Shown here in pieces: positions 42,421-55,756 of a stretch of DNA of 64,000 nucleotides. This stretch comes from the human T2T-CHM13v2.0 reference genome, Homo sapiens. The translations under genes were made by a program, and so were the position numbers. Each line of letters begins with the position of its first letter. The first letter of the stretch is position 1. The notes below the pieces were generated by a model. It did no database searches, had not been told where the DNA came from, and saw only the letters and a program-made list of their open reading frames with translations. Where the stretch lies: assembly GCF_009914755.1 (NCBI RefSeq), contig NC_060929.1, one strand, 5' to 3'.

Positions 42421-43784
42421 ATTCATATTCCACCTTGTAGAGATCACTGGAAAAGTGAGCTTTCATAGGTGGGGAGGAGAGAAGGTAAGAAGAGCTTACA
42501 TCATACAATGCCCTCCAAGAAAGATAAGGAGAAGTGGAGAAGGAGGTGTGCTGAGAGGGTGGCAGGAGACGAGACAGTCTCAAAAATGTAAGAGAGAGAA
42601 TATTCAATAGAGTGCTGGTAACTTTTAGGCTCCACAACTTCAATATTCTTAAGTCTATCACATGCACACGCGCACACACACTCACATACACATACATTTA
42701 TGTATATATTTTTTATTTCACATACAGAATTGCTATTAACTTTCAAAATGATAGAAGCTTTTAAATTCAGAGTCTCAAATGCAGACCCTACAGAGCCCAG
42801 GAAGGTCAATCAATGAGTGAACTAGGCTGCATGTAAAACCACAGAGAGTACTGGGAATTATCAGAACTCAAGAGTCAACGTCTTGTCTTCAGGGACAGCT
42901 TGACTCTTCTCCAGCCGACTGACTCCACAGGGCAATATGGGTACAGTGTTGTCAGACCCTCCTATTTGAAGAGAAGCTGGAAATGCATATTGTTAAGTGT
43001 GAAATTTGCCAATCTTCCAAACCACAGAAGGGCCAGACAAAACAAATCTGGTAGAGGGATGCAGTTTGCATCTCCGGCCCTAAACTGTAATAACCAAAGT
43101 GGCAGCAAGTCATTTGTCTGCAAGACTAGGGCAGGGTCACTTTGTGCCCATTTTAAAATAAAAACAATAACAAAACAAGGACCCCTGTGGCTACACTAAA
43201 TGGGACTCCTCTCATTAAAAAACAAACATAGTTCTTGCTTTTGAAGCAATGGCATGTTTTGTTTGGTTATTTTTAAGGATCGCATCACTTGAAATTCAGA
43301 TGTAGTCAAGCTTGATTTTCTCCCAGACCTTTGGCAGCTGACGGGTTGGGTGAAGGGAGAAGTTGGGAAAAGCATCTGGTCCCAGAAGCAAAAGTGAAGG
43401 CAGTGCATATTTACCAGCATGAGGCTGTCCACAGACAGTGAATAGAGACACAGGGAAAACCTCCAATACCCACCTGTTCACAGCTGGATTTCCCAGGGCA
43501 CTTAATTTAATCAGAAGCAGTAACTTTTAGTAGCATTTTACAACCAATTAACCATGCAGGAAACAAAACAACTGACTCGGTGCCTTCCTCCTTGCTTCTA
43601 AAGAGACTGTGGCCTCAAAAGTCAGCAATTTGGAACTCTCTGTATGAAAGAAGACGCCATCAAACCCAGCACAAACAAGTTTTTTCCCTTCCTACATTTA
43701 ATGGGAGGACCCTTGAATCTGGCCAGGCCTTGTTGGCATGGGAATCACTCCCATTTTCACATAAAGAGCTCCCATTTTGGTCAG

Positions 43785-43955
43785 CACATGCCAGGCACTG
43801 GGCATTTACACATTCATTCTAATGAATTCTTACCACCACCCCTTAATGTTAGGGCCTACTATATTCCCATCTACAGATGAATGTACTGAGGCGAGGGGAA
43901 TCAGTAAAAGAACCCCAGGTCACATATAAGTGAAAGAACCAGGATCTGGGCCCAG
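43785..43955 (+). mobile_element. MIR fragment
   Basis: atgccaggcactgggcatttacac...ttcccatctacagatgaatgtactgagg. Confidence 0.7.
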
Positions 43956-46183
43956 AAAATATTGTTCATAACAGAGAGCAAAATCTTAGCATAGAACTCA
44001 CTGATTTCCCCTGCAGCGAGTTAAAAGTAAAACCACGTGATAAGAGCCAGCTTCTGGTATTAATGAGGATAAACTTCCTTGTATCAAAAACAGGTATTCA
44101 AACTTATGCTAAATTCTATAGGCAATAATTTTCCACTAAATCAATAACAATTTTTTAAAAACAGGCTATACCTTTTAAACTGTGCATCACTTTAAAAAAT
44201 CATTTCTAACTTTTCTTTAACTGATCCTCACGAAAAGTCTTGAAGTATATGACAGGGAGTGGATAAAGTCACTTCCATTTGACAGATGAGTCTACTGAAG
44301 CTCCAAGAAATCAGGTGACATGGTCAGGGTCACCCAGCTGATTAGTGGCAGCCTCTAGTTCCCATTCGTGAGCACCCCAGCCATGGGGGCTACTTTTCAC
44401 ATCCACAGAATGCCAAGCTCTTCCCCACCCTGGGTCCTGGAGGGATCTGGCCCTAGTTCTCTCCCACCCTTCAGGTCTCTGAGATGTCATCTCCCCAGGA
44501 ATGTCTTCCTGTATCCTACCTCAGTGATCCCCCTCTCATTCCCCATCATCGTCATACCCAGATCCTATTACGGTGCTTGGCATCTGGCAGTCAAATATTT
44601 GCTAAGTGAATGAGTAAGTAAGTAAATGAACGCCTGATGAATTCTCAACTTTCTGAATTTTCTAACTCATAACAGTGACTATGCATCAGGACTTTCTCCC
44701 CAGCACCTCTGGTCATCTGTAGCATAACACATGAAAACAAATCCTGCCCCAGCAATACTTAAGGACCCACCTGCTGAAACGAGACCATGGTGGGACACCC
44801 CCTGCCCTGCTCCAAACACACGCACTTGTTCTTCAATGTCTTTCTCAGTTGACTCCAGGCTAGATTCTTAAGCATGGCAGGAAGAGCCACACAAAGTGGA
44901 GGATATAAATAAAAATGTCATAAAACAATAGTTTATTAAAACAAAGTAGAGAGTCTTCAAATTTAAGAAAAGAAGAAGCTACAGGCAGGTATAGCAGGCT
45001 ACAACAGAGATCCTTAATTCTTCTCTGAGTTTTCATCCCTGTCTCTGGGGTTCTTCTGCTGATGGCTACCAGATGTCAGAGAGGGGCCTCTGAGAGAAAC
45101 CTGACACAATCCCGCACCCCAATTTAAGCCAAGAGGTGTCGTGAGAGAGCACTGGGTCTGCTTGAACCTAGTATGTGTTCCCTCTCAATGAGTCTACTTC
45201 CAAAACCATTCCCTGAACGCTGAGAGTGTTTTGAGTGTTATTTTTGATATGGAAGGCTCTTCTCTTACAAAGATAATGATGATAAATTGTTCTCAAAGTG
45301 AACAGCCTGGGAAAATATGGGATTTTATGTATGTTTCCTTGAATTATGGAAGCAAGTTTGCCTGCACACTCTAGTGGTGTGGTGATTCTTAGCCAAGATG
45401 ACTCAGAATACCAATTTCCTTTGATGATGGTTGATTCTTTTAGAAGGAAAGATTGCTCCAAAGTAGCCTAACTGAATACTTTACCAAGTGCTAGGCTTTA
45501 GAAAAATAATAATGAGTTAAGCATAGCTAATGTTTATACTACATTTAGTACATTTTTTTAGTCCTCACAGCAACCCTACACTCCCCCATCCACTCACCCT
45601 GCCTCCATTCCTGTCCCAGGGCACCAGGTAAGAAACCAGCTGAATCACAGGGAGATTTAGTAACTTGCCTGCCAACAGATAGCTCATGGCAGATATAGAC
45701 AATATTTGAACGCAAAGTCTCACTAGACAGCTTGTGCTCATAAGAACTGCAACTGGGCTAAGAATCTGGGTTCCCTTTACCACTGTAGGGTACAGCAATA
45801 TGCCTGCACTGGCAGCTACCATATTTCCCTCAGTCCTTAGATACTGCATGGTAAAATCTGGCAACATGCCTATCTATTTTTTAAAAGCGAGAAAAAACAA
45901 AACAAAACAAAACAAACCTTTCTTCTGCCCTTGAAACAATCACTTCCTTCCTTTGTGATCTGGAACAAAACTATCTTTGCCATCTTCCGCCTCCTACTCT
46001 CTGCCACAGAGATTATGTTGATGTGAAGACCAACTGTGTTGGTTAGATCTAACCCTGTTAGATCCTTCTGCATTCCCTCAGCACCCCTTCTGCTTGGCCA
46101 ACTCAGTAGTTTTGCAAATGCTATGGCTCTCTCCTGGCAAACTTTCTCTTCACCTCTCCCATCCCTTCTCACCTGAACAACAC

Positions 46184-46331
46184 ATAATCCCATCCATCAA
46201 ATATCACATGCACTGGGACACTCCCCTGGCTGTCCCCCAAAATCTCTCCAAACTCTCTCCTCTGTGCTTCTGCTACAATTATTATGTTGCAAAATATCAA
46301 GTTTCATGTCTCTGTTGCCCCTAAAAACAAG
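46184..46331 (+). repeat. Copy 1 of a 148-bp dispersed direct duplication
   Basis: Identical to 47469-47616 except for 4 substitutions (manual alignment). Confidence 0.97.
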
Positions 46332-47468
46332 TTCCTACCCATTCACAATGACATAAATGTTTGTAAGATTGAAGTCCCGAAGACCAAATTTCACTCACAT
46401 TCCAAGTATAATCTTTTTGGTGCTGTTAATCATTGGACTAGAATCCTGCACTGGGCTATTTATACTCTTTGAATTGCTCACATTTCTTCCCTCAAGAACT
46501 AAGCAAAAAAAAAGTAAGTGTAAGTGCTTTCGTGCCTCAAGTAAGACAGTCCATTCACCAAGAGTTTCATGATGGTGTTGGGTAGCAGTTTTCCATACTA
46601 AAAATGGAGACGGGGAAAAAATCCATTTAACTTTGATTTCTTGCTTTTTTGCTGGAAAGCTTTATAAGTTGCTTCTTGGTCTCACCTAGTAGAAGGGTCA
46701 CTGCCTTAGCTGGGATTGTGACAAGCCTCTCTAGAATTAGAGTACTTTATTATCACATTAGTACTGGAAAAAGTCACATAATTAACAGAATTTATCCTCA
46801 TTTACTCTGCAAAATCACTAATATTCAATCTCTCTGCCTCTGTTTAATTACTTTCCTTAACACAACTTTTTTTTCCAAGTTGACCCTTTGTGGGCTCATC
46901 TGCAGAAATGTGTTAAAACTTTTTCTCCCTCTCCTCCATTTAAGTGGCTAGACTTTATTCATTTGAATAAGCATAAAAGGTGCACCATAAGGTCTGTCAT
47001 AGTTCACACAATGCCTTTGAATTAGCAGCCGTGACGGTGTCATGCTTTTGCTGGAGATCCTCTGTTCGGAGTAAGTGATGACAGCCACCAGAATTACTGT
47101 TAATTGTAATATGACACTGGCATTTCACCGGCTGCATCTAGTGGTAAACTTGCATTAGTTCAGGTTCCTAAGAAATTTAGAAGCTGAGACATGGCAATTC
47201 TTCAAAGAGAACAGCAGACCCGCCTGACACATGCTGCCTTCTCAGGTACTGCTTCTTCATACCTGCTTGCTCAAAAGAATGGTAAACACACACACACATG
47301 CACAGACACACTTCAAAATAAAGCCACCTCTGGATAACAATGTCATCATTAGATAACAAATCTGGAAGGCACTGGCTTGCTCTGAAGACTGCATTCTCCT
47401 CCTTTGAAGCAGCAAAGTATAAAGTAAAGAAACCAAGGCTTAAGGGACAAACATTTAGTAGAAGCTGA

Positions 47469-47616
47469 ATAATCCCATCCATCAAATATCACATGCACTG
47501 GGACACTTCCCTGGCTGTCCCCCAAAATCTCCCCAAATTCTCTCCTCTGTGCTTCTGCTACAATTATTATGTTGCAAAATATCAAGTTTCATATCTCTGT
47601 TGCCCCTAAAAACAAG
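47469..47616 (+). repeat. Copy 2 of a 148-bp dispersed direct duplication
   Basis: ataatcccatccatcaaatatcacatgcactgggacac...gcccctaaaaacaag, matching 46184-46331. Confidence 0.97.
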
Positions 47617-48189
47617 GTCCCCTTTTTCTGAAACATACATTTTTAAAACGTGCCTCTATATTTCACATCAAGGCAGCCTGCTCCAGAAGATGGGGGCTCA
47701 GAGGAAAGGAAGAGGGGCTTGGCTTGAACAGATCTTTTGGTGTGGAAGTAGTTGGTTCACTTTTCAGGGAAGGTAAAGCCCTCCTAATGAGGTCAGGGGT
47801 GGGGCCGGGTGAGTGACAGGGAGACAGTGAACAAAATGGGCAGCTGTCTTGGCTCCTTAGACAGTGAGCTTTAGGAGTAGAGGACTCAGGCAGTCTGCTT
47901 CTGCCCGACATCCATGGGTGGTCTAAAAGACTTTCACCGCAATCATTGCCAGCCAACAACATGTTTATCTACCAAAAGAAAAATCAGCCCCTCTCCATTT
48001 TCCATACAAGAGACGCATCTCAATGTTAATGTGAAAAAAGGGCCAGTAAGAGTTCTTATCTGCCCTCCCTTTGAGTCAAGTGATATGCATTTACATTGGT
48101 CTTTAACTCAAATTAGAATCACTTTGTGGACTTCATATATAATATGGCCCATGTTCACTGGAAAATCAGAGCTCTCTCTGACCTCCAAG

Positions 48190-48925
48190 CTTTAGCTCAA
48201 CCATTCCTTTTGCCTGTAATGCCTTTCTCTCCCTTCTAAAGACCCCCTATCCTTCCAGGTCTGGTTAAGATTCTCCCTCTCCCCATAAGACTTCCCAGAT
48301 TTTCCCATTCGGAGTTGATATCACTTCTCCATACAACTGAGGTGTCCAAAGTCTGTGAGTGTCTTTCTTACAATTCTGAGGTCATTTTACACTTTGGGTA
48401 TCTGTGCATGAATCTGATGGCTTCATTTGGCTGTGAACACCTAGAAGGGGTCAAGAGGGTTGAGGCTTTGCTGAACCTCACTGACTACACTTGGGACTAT
48501 TTCTGGCTGAAACTAATTCACTTGTACCTCCAAAGCTGCCCCTCACTTAACCTGTGGTCAAACACTTCATCATTTTGGCCCCGGAAGTTGGCCACTTCCC
48601 ACCTTCAAGCCTCTGTGCATACTGTTCCCTCTGTCTGGAAAGCTGTCTATTGCAAGGTAATCGAGCCCACTCCTCAAGCCAACTCCAAATCCACCTTGAT
48701 CACATTGGCCAGAACAGCATTATCTAAATTCCCAAGGCTTTTGTTGATATCTCATCGGTCACTTATTACCTTGTACTTTGCCTATCTGCATTTACATTTC
48801 ATATCTGGCCAACCAGATTTTAACCGTCTATGTGAAGGGAACGTATTTTATACAATCCTGTTTCCTCCACAATGTTTAGTAGAATCTTGTTTATACATCA
48901 CCGTTTGGTGAATAAATGAACATTA
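48190..48925. mobile_element. Decayed L2 fragments
   Basis: gcctctgtgcatactgttccctctgtctggaa and a terminal gtttggtgaataaatgaa L2 3'-end signature. Confidence 0.55.
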
Positions 48926-49064
48926 GTCTAATATTTCACTTTGGGATCTCCATAAAAATAAGACAAGTATTGATGGATACACTTCCACAGTACTGCCAAT
49001 AAACTTCTAGTTCCGCACCTACTAATGATGCTATCAACATGATTACAATTATTCTTATTTTTAA

Positions 49065-49290
49065 AGTTACCATTATTTGAGTGCTTACTATGTGCAAGGT
49101 CATTTGCTAAGCACTTTACTAACATCATCTTATTGAATGCTCACAACAACCCTAAGATAGTAACTACTAAGGTAGACACTATCAATAGTCCATCTGCCTG
49201 AGATCACAAATCTAGTACTTGCAAGACCCTGGATTCAAATCCAGGTATGACTAAGGCCAATATCTGTGTTCTTGTTCACGACACTATTTG
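49065..49290 (+). mobile_element. MIR
   Basis: ttgagtgcttactatgtgcaagg...ctaagcacttta...ctcacaacaaccct...ggattcaaatccagg. Confidence 0.8.
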
Positions 49291-52200
49291 TAGCCACCTG
49301 ATCATGCTTTGGAAGGTATTCACATATGTGTGAAGAACGCCTACTCACCCTGGCTTCTGACATAAGAATGCAGATCTGGGGTATAAGTGACCCCACTCAG
49401 AGTGTAGAGACAAGCCACCACCATGTGGACAGGAGCCACCTCTCACGATTTCCACTGAGATAGGACTTGGCTGCCATCTTGGCATGGTTCTCTTCAGTGC
49501 CACTGAGCCCTTTTCACTTTTAGAAGGACAAGAAAACCCTCACTGCCTGCTTTTCTGAGCCAACGTGGTCAGCTTGAATTTTAAGAATTGTTGCTTAAGG
49601 TTTGGTAAGACAAACAAGTGACATTTTCTGATGGCTCAGACTCTTTTGCTCCTTCTCCCCTTCAGTCCAAGCCCATGGCGCATCTTGCGTCTCTGTTGCA
49701 TGTGTGTCTCGGCGCATAAATCCCTTTTGCCTCAGAACTCTGATATCGCCATCATGACATCCACCTCCAGCACCCTGCACAAGGGTGAGCGTGGGCCTCT
49801 AACCATCAGCTGTTTCACCATGTCAGTATCACAGGGAGCAGGACACACATTCCAGAGCTGGGTAGATTAACCTCCAAGACGACACTCAGTTTTAGCTTTA
49901 GCCTCCCTAAATCCTCAACAAAAGCTTTAACAGCCAGAACTGATTTAGGACCTTAACTGTAAATCTCCTCTCTTCTCATGCACTCACTAAAGGGGTGATG
50001 AGTAAAATCAACTGGGACCTTTTCTGGTCACTTGTCCCCTGTGTCCCCTGGAGGATTCAAGGTGATAGCTAAGAACCCGCATTATCAAGAATCTTACTCA
50101 AAGGCAGGCTAAAAAAAAATAAAGGAACTGGAAGGTGAAGAGAAACATTATTAATGGCGTCTATCAAATGCGGATTTGTGAAAATATCATTCATTTATAA
50201 AAATGAAGCCAACCTAGTAGAATGTTAAAAACAGCAGTAACCGAATGTACACTCAATTTTTAGAGACTTGCTGATCAGCAATGGAGCCCTGCCATGAGAA
50301 CACATCTCCTTTTCACTCAAGCGAGGATCTGCAGGGGCATTTTCAAAAGTAAATAAATGTCCACAAAGAACAAAAAAAGATCAGTAGAGAATTGAGTCTC
50401 TCAAGAACATCCCTGACAAAATAAACCCCATGTTTATGTATGCTCCCTCCATTGGCCTGAGCCAGAAATGTTCCCTGCAACTTGAAACCAATGGCACAGG
50501 AGTTGAGAGAAATGTCCGGAATTAGCTTAGTCAAATGCTGCCTTCAATTAATGCTCCTCTGCTGCTTAATGAGATCCCAGGGCCAAAGCAGTTTAGTTTG
50601 ACTTTAGCAGTTCCCACTTGTTTTGGCCATGATGCATCACCTTGCCTTTTCTTTGGTTATGTGGCATCTTACATAGAGACACCTCTTTAAAATTCCAAGT
50701 GGCATATTTTGAAATAGTGTCTAGATTTTTTTCTTATAAAGGTTGATTTATTGTAAAAAAAAAAAAATGTTTAAAATCCAAAATTCATAGATAAATAAAA
50801 GCCACCTGTATCCCATTTTGTCTCAATCTCTTCAAGTACATACAAATTTAATAACCATATACAGACACTATATCCTTTTTTATGTTATTTCATATCTTCA
50901 AAATATTGTTTTACTCCATAACATTTCATCATATACAGTAGACATTCAAATGATCTCCTAATGTTTGATTACTTTCAAATTTTTTTGCTATGATAAATAA
51001 TCCCTTGGTGAACATTCTTGTATGTAAAATTTTATCTGAATAACCAAGGATTGCCTTAAAATAATTAACAAGAATTTCTGAGTCAAAGGTGGCAGATTGC
51101 TGGAGATGGAGGGTAAAATAGTTTCATCTGAAAAAAAAATGTTGGCAAAGGTCAAGGTAACTTCAGATTCAGCCAAAGTAGGCTGGGAAAACTTCAAAAA
51201 GTGGCCCAATGGTGTAAATGGTTTTGATAAGTTGGGTTCCAGGGACATCCAATGTTTATTAAAAAAAACAAGAACACACAAACAAACAAAAACTCCAGTG
51301 AAGCAAGCAGCACATATTGCATATCCATGATCCAACCTGTCTTCACCTGCCATTCTACAATGCATTGAAACCCATGACAGTGTAGTCACCATCTTGGACT
51401 AGAAGTAACTACAAATGAAGGCTATCTCAGAGAAGCCCCCTACGTGCCACTATGCTTGTCCCACTGTGCCTGCTACAGGGCTGAGAAAAGGACTCAACTA
51501 CAGCAAAGCAAGTCAATATTGGATACAGTCAGGTTTTCTACTTGGCCCATGCTACCACCAAGATACCATGTCCAAGAGTAGGGTGAGAGAAAGCTCATTT
51601 TTTAAGCGATCTCTGCTTAAAGTCTGAATGAAGTTATATCCTCCCTGAGAAACTGCATCCTTTGCAAAGTGGACACCATATTGTGAACTTAGGCTTTAAG
51701 GAAAATTCAAAACAAGTGACCTACAATATGATTATCATTTTCTTAAAATTATACCTGGAAATTGTTCAACAAGAACATCTGCTCAGGAACAGCAGTCCTT
51801 CATTAGACTCACATTCTTGAACGATTGAATTCTACAGACCCTGACTTTGATTTTGAAGACTTTTTGTTTTCCTGAGAGGTCAGCCTCAAATACAACTGCT
51901 AGTGACTCAAATTATATGTGATCTCTTCTCACTGTCACATGGCATAAAGTCCACCATTTACAATTTGGCACCAAAAACCCAGTCAGCTAAATCTCTTGCC
52001 CCCTATCCTTTATGTTCCTTTATGCTAAAGGTTTGTAACCTTCATGCTTATGGTTTGGAACTCTAACTCATTTGATGTTTCCTAAACTCTCTGAGCTCTC
52101 TTAAGCCTCCCCCCATGTAAGTCCTCACCCCTGCCCATTCCTGGTCTAAAAAATCTCCTATATTTCAAGAATGATCACAACTCCTACCTCTCCCTCTAGG

Positions 52201-52798
52201 AAGCCTTCCCAAGTTCCTCCCGACAGGAATAGAACATCCCACCTCAGTTTTCCAACGGCACACTCCTCCAGAACCACATCTGTCACATTGCTCTATGACT
52301 GCCACTTACCAATCTCCCCGGAATGAGAGAGTAAGATCCTCGAAGATAACAACCATGTATGTTCATCTCTGTATCCTCAGAACCTGAGATAGAGCTTATA
52401 AATATCTGCTTGATTCCGGAACAACAAATGATAAAATGCTACCTACGATTAAGAAATAATTGAGAATCCAAAATAAAGTAACAAAGACCAAGAGCCTGAA
52501 GACACTCTAGCTGTAAACCACGTGTGTGTGTGCAGAGTATCATGGCTTATTATAAAAAAAAATATGCTGGAATGTTTGCAAAACCAAATTGTATTAACAA
52601 AAAACATCTGCAGCTTTATACTGTGTGACCATAATCTTGATTTTTTTCATAAAATGCAGAATATCATTTATAACAATAAATACAAACTCTATAAAGTCTC
52701 TTCAATATAACTCAAACCTTTTTCTTTGGTGTGCTCTAAACATATTTTACGTAAATGATGCCAAAGTCTCATGAAAATATACAGAAACCGGAAGCTCA

Positions 52799-53221
<423 letters not shown>

Positions 53222-53419
53222 TTACTTAAAATCTCAAATAGTCTTGTCTTTCTTACCTTTCTGCCAAGCCAAAGGGGCAAGGGAAACTGCTGTAAAAATG
53301 AGGTGCTCACAGACTACGAGAATGAGGAATAAATATTGGAGTTGTCTAGAGTAGCTTTTCACCCAAAGAAGGGATCCATTCCGCAGTGTCCCTGACAAAT
53401 GGTTGCCCCAGTAGTTCTA

Positions 53420-53760
53420 TGCCTGTTCTGGTTGCTGGAGTGGAGAAGATAGGAGAGCACTCTCCCTCCAACGACTGACTTTCTAGTGGGGAAAAAAGAC
53501 AAAAAACAAGTGAAAGACTCACAAGTTAAAAAAAGATAATGTCAGTTACCGACTCCAGCTATTAGAAAAGAATGGATGGCAGATGGAAAGTGATGGTTCC
53601 TAGAAAGGGGAGAAGAGAAGATCTTGGAAATTATGATATATTGGCTGGGACTTGAAGGGCAAGAAGGAGCCCAGCCATGCCAAAACCCAGAAAAGCATTC
53701 CAGTTAGTGCAAAGGCCAGTGTGGCTGCAGCACAGTGAGCGAGGAGGGAGGTGATGCGAC
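53420..53760. mobile_element. L2 fragment
   Basis: ctatgcctgttctggttgctggag...tctagtgggg...gtgcaaaggccagtgtggctgcagcacagtgagcgagg. Confidence 0.65.
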
Positions 53761-54189
53761 GGCAGTTCCAGGAGAGGCAGGATCATTCTATCTCTAACAG
53801 AGAGCAGCCCGTCACTGGGAGATGGTCCTTCCCATATGAGCTGGACAGCTCTGCCAGGAGGTGCCCTCTTCCTGAGAACTGAATTCTTCCCTCCTATCAT
53901 TTACCTTCAGAAACTTCAGTTTTGAGCTCGGGTTCAGATAGCAGCATTACATCTCCTCCTTCCCTGAGACAACCCAAAAATAATTTAAATCAGAGAAACC
54001 GGCCCACCTTCTCTTCCCAGGACTCTTTTCCAGGATAAACCTATTTTAGTTATCCACCCCTTCAAGATAGGATTCACAAACCCTTCCCATCCTGTTCACC
54101 CTTTTCCAAATACTCTCTGATTAGCCAACACCCCTCCTCAATTATGCCAGAACTGAGCAAGCCTCCAAAATGTTAGAGGCAGCACAGCA

Positions 54190-54420
54190 GGTTGGTTATG
54201 ACATGAACTTGGTTTAAAAAGGTTCCAGTCTGGGCCCTACCACTTATCAGTTGTGTGATCATAACCAAGTCACTTAACCTTTCTAAGCCTCTGCCTCCTT
54301 ATCTGTAAAATGAGAACTATAGTATCTACCTTGAAGGATTATTGTGAGAAATAAGTAAGAATATATATGAAGTTCCAAGGGCTGTGGATGGCATATAGTA
54401 AATGCTCAGTAAGGTTAAGC
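54190..54420 (-). mobile_element. MIR
   Basis: ttgtgtgatcataaccaagtcacttaacctttctaagcctc...atctgtaaaatgag...tagtaaatgctcagtaa. Confidence 0.85.
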
Positions 54421-55711
54421 TAGTACAAATTTGATGATGATGATAATGGTGATAATGGGATCACAATCATTTCCATCTTGATCTAAAATCTGCATTTGTT
54501 CAAATTCAAGTTTAAGATATATTTGTTGTGCCGTGTTGTGTTGTGTTTGCTGTAGTAGAGTAGGGGAATAGCAGCCATTTACAGTTCTACTAAAACTTTT
54601 CCCCCAGATCTTTTGCATATAATACAATCACTCTAATCTGATCACAGTAACAGAGAAAGATCAATAAAGAACTAAACCATAAAATTGGGTACATCTAGGC
54701 TCCAATTACTGCAGGAATATAACCATGTCCGTATCACAGAGATAATGCTGCAAATACTTAAAGAATGTCTGCAGATCACCTTCCTGGAGGCAAAAGAAAG
54801 GTCTTATTCACCATCGTTGGAGCAAATACGTTAGTCCTCAATAAATACTAGTAAGAGTGGAGAAAGGAGGAAGTGAGTTAGAGGTTGCTCTAGGCTAATG
54901 GTATCACATTTGATGATCAAACTCACACAATGTTAGATCTCAAGGGGACCCAAATGAAACATATTATAGGCATGGAAATGGAAGCTCAGAAAGGTGAAGG
55001 CACTTGCCCAAGGCCACAAAGCTAACTTGGGTCAGAGCTGGGTCTCTTAATCTCTTCCCAGAGGCCATCCTAGGCAAACCAGTTGCAGACCTGAGTCCCT
55101 CTGGACAGGGCCTCTTGATCTCCTTCAAAGCCTTCTTGCAGAAATGTCCTCTGAGACAGGAGAAAGTCAGGTTTCCCCATTTCCATGGTTTGTAACCCTA
55201 ACTCATCTGAACTGAGAGATCCTTAGGGAGTAGAAAGTCAAGGCTGGCATCTCCAAAGCTGCATAAATCTCTCACCTAAGGAACATCATCATTTTTCTCT
55301 TGTCACAACCCTTCCAGCCTAATATTTGACAGCTCTGATCGGGTACTGTCCAAACATTTATTAAAACATTTTAAATGATGAATATATCCAATTATTACTA
55401 TTAATGTAGCTAATACTGACTAATGAGGGGGAAATGCAGGAGCCAGTGTCCCGCAATTCATTACCCCTGCCTTGTCAACAATTCAAAGCCCGAAACCTAA
55501 TCATCCATACCGGGCCCTGTTATATTTCACACGTCACTTTTAATAAGTCACTCAGTGCCTATAAATTAATGTAACATGTCGGCGTTTATGAGTGCAGCTT
55601 TGTCGCCGTTAACAAATGATGTTCTGGCCCACTCTACAACAGCTAGGCAGTGACGAATGATGGAAGATGATTTCTTTCCAAACTATAAACTATACACTGG
55701 GGACTCCAGTA

Positions 55712-55719
55712 ATATATGT

Positions 55720-55753
<34 letters not shown>

Positions 55754-55756
55754 ATA
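55712..55756. repeat. (TA)n/(TATG)n microsatellite
   Basis: Direct reading. Confidence 0.95.

Noticed and set aside
46184-47616. Direct repeats read as the LTRs of a small retroelement
   Set aside because: No TG..CA termini, primer-binding site, polypurine tract, TSD or internal coding remnant.
48315-48911. 198-aa plus-strand ORF
   Set aside because: TTG start, no recognisable domain, overlaps decayed L2-like sequence; an ORF this long can arise by chance in 64 kb.
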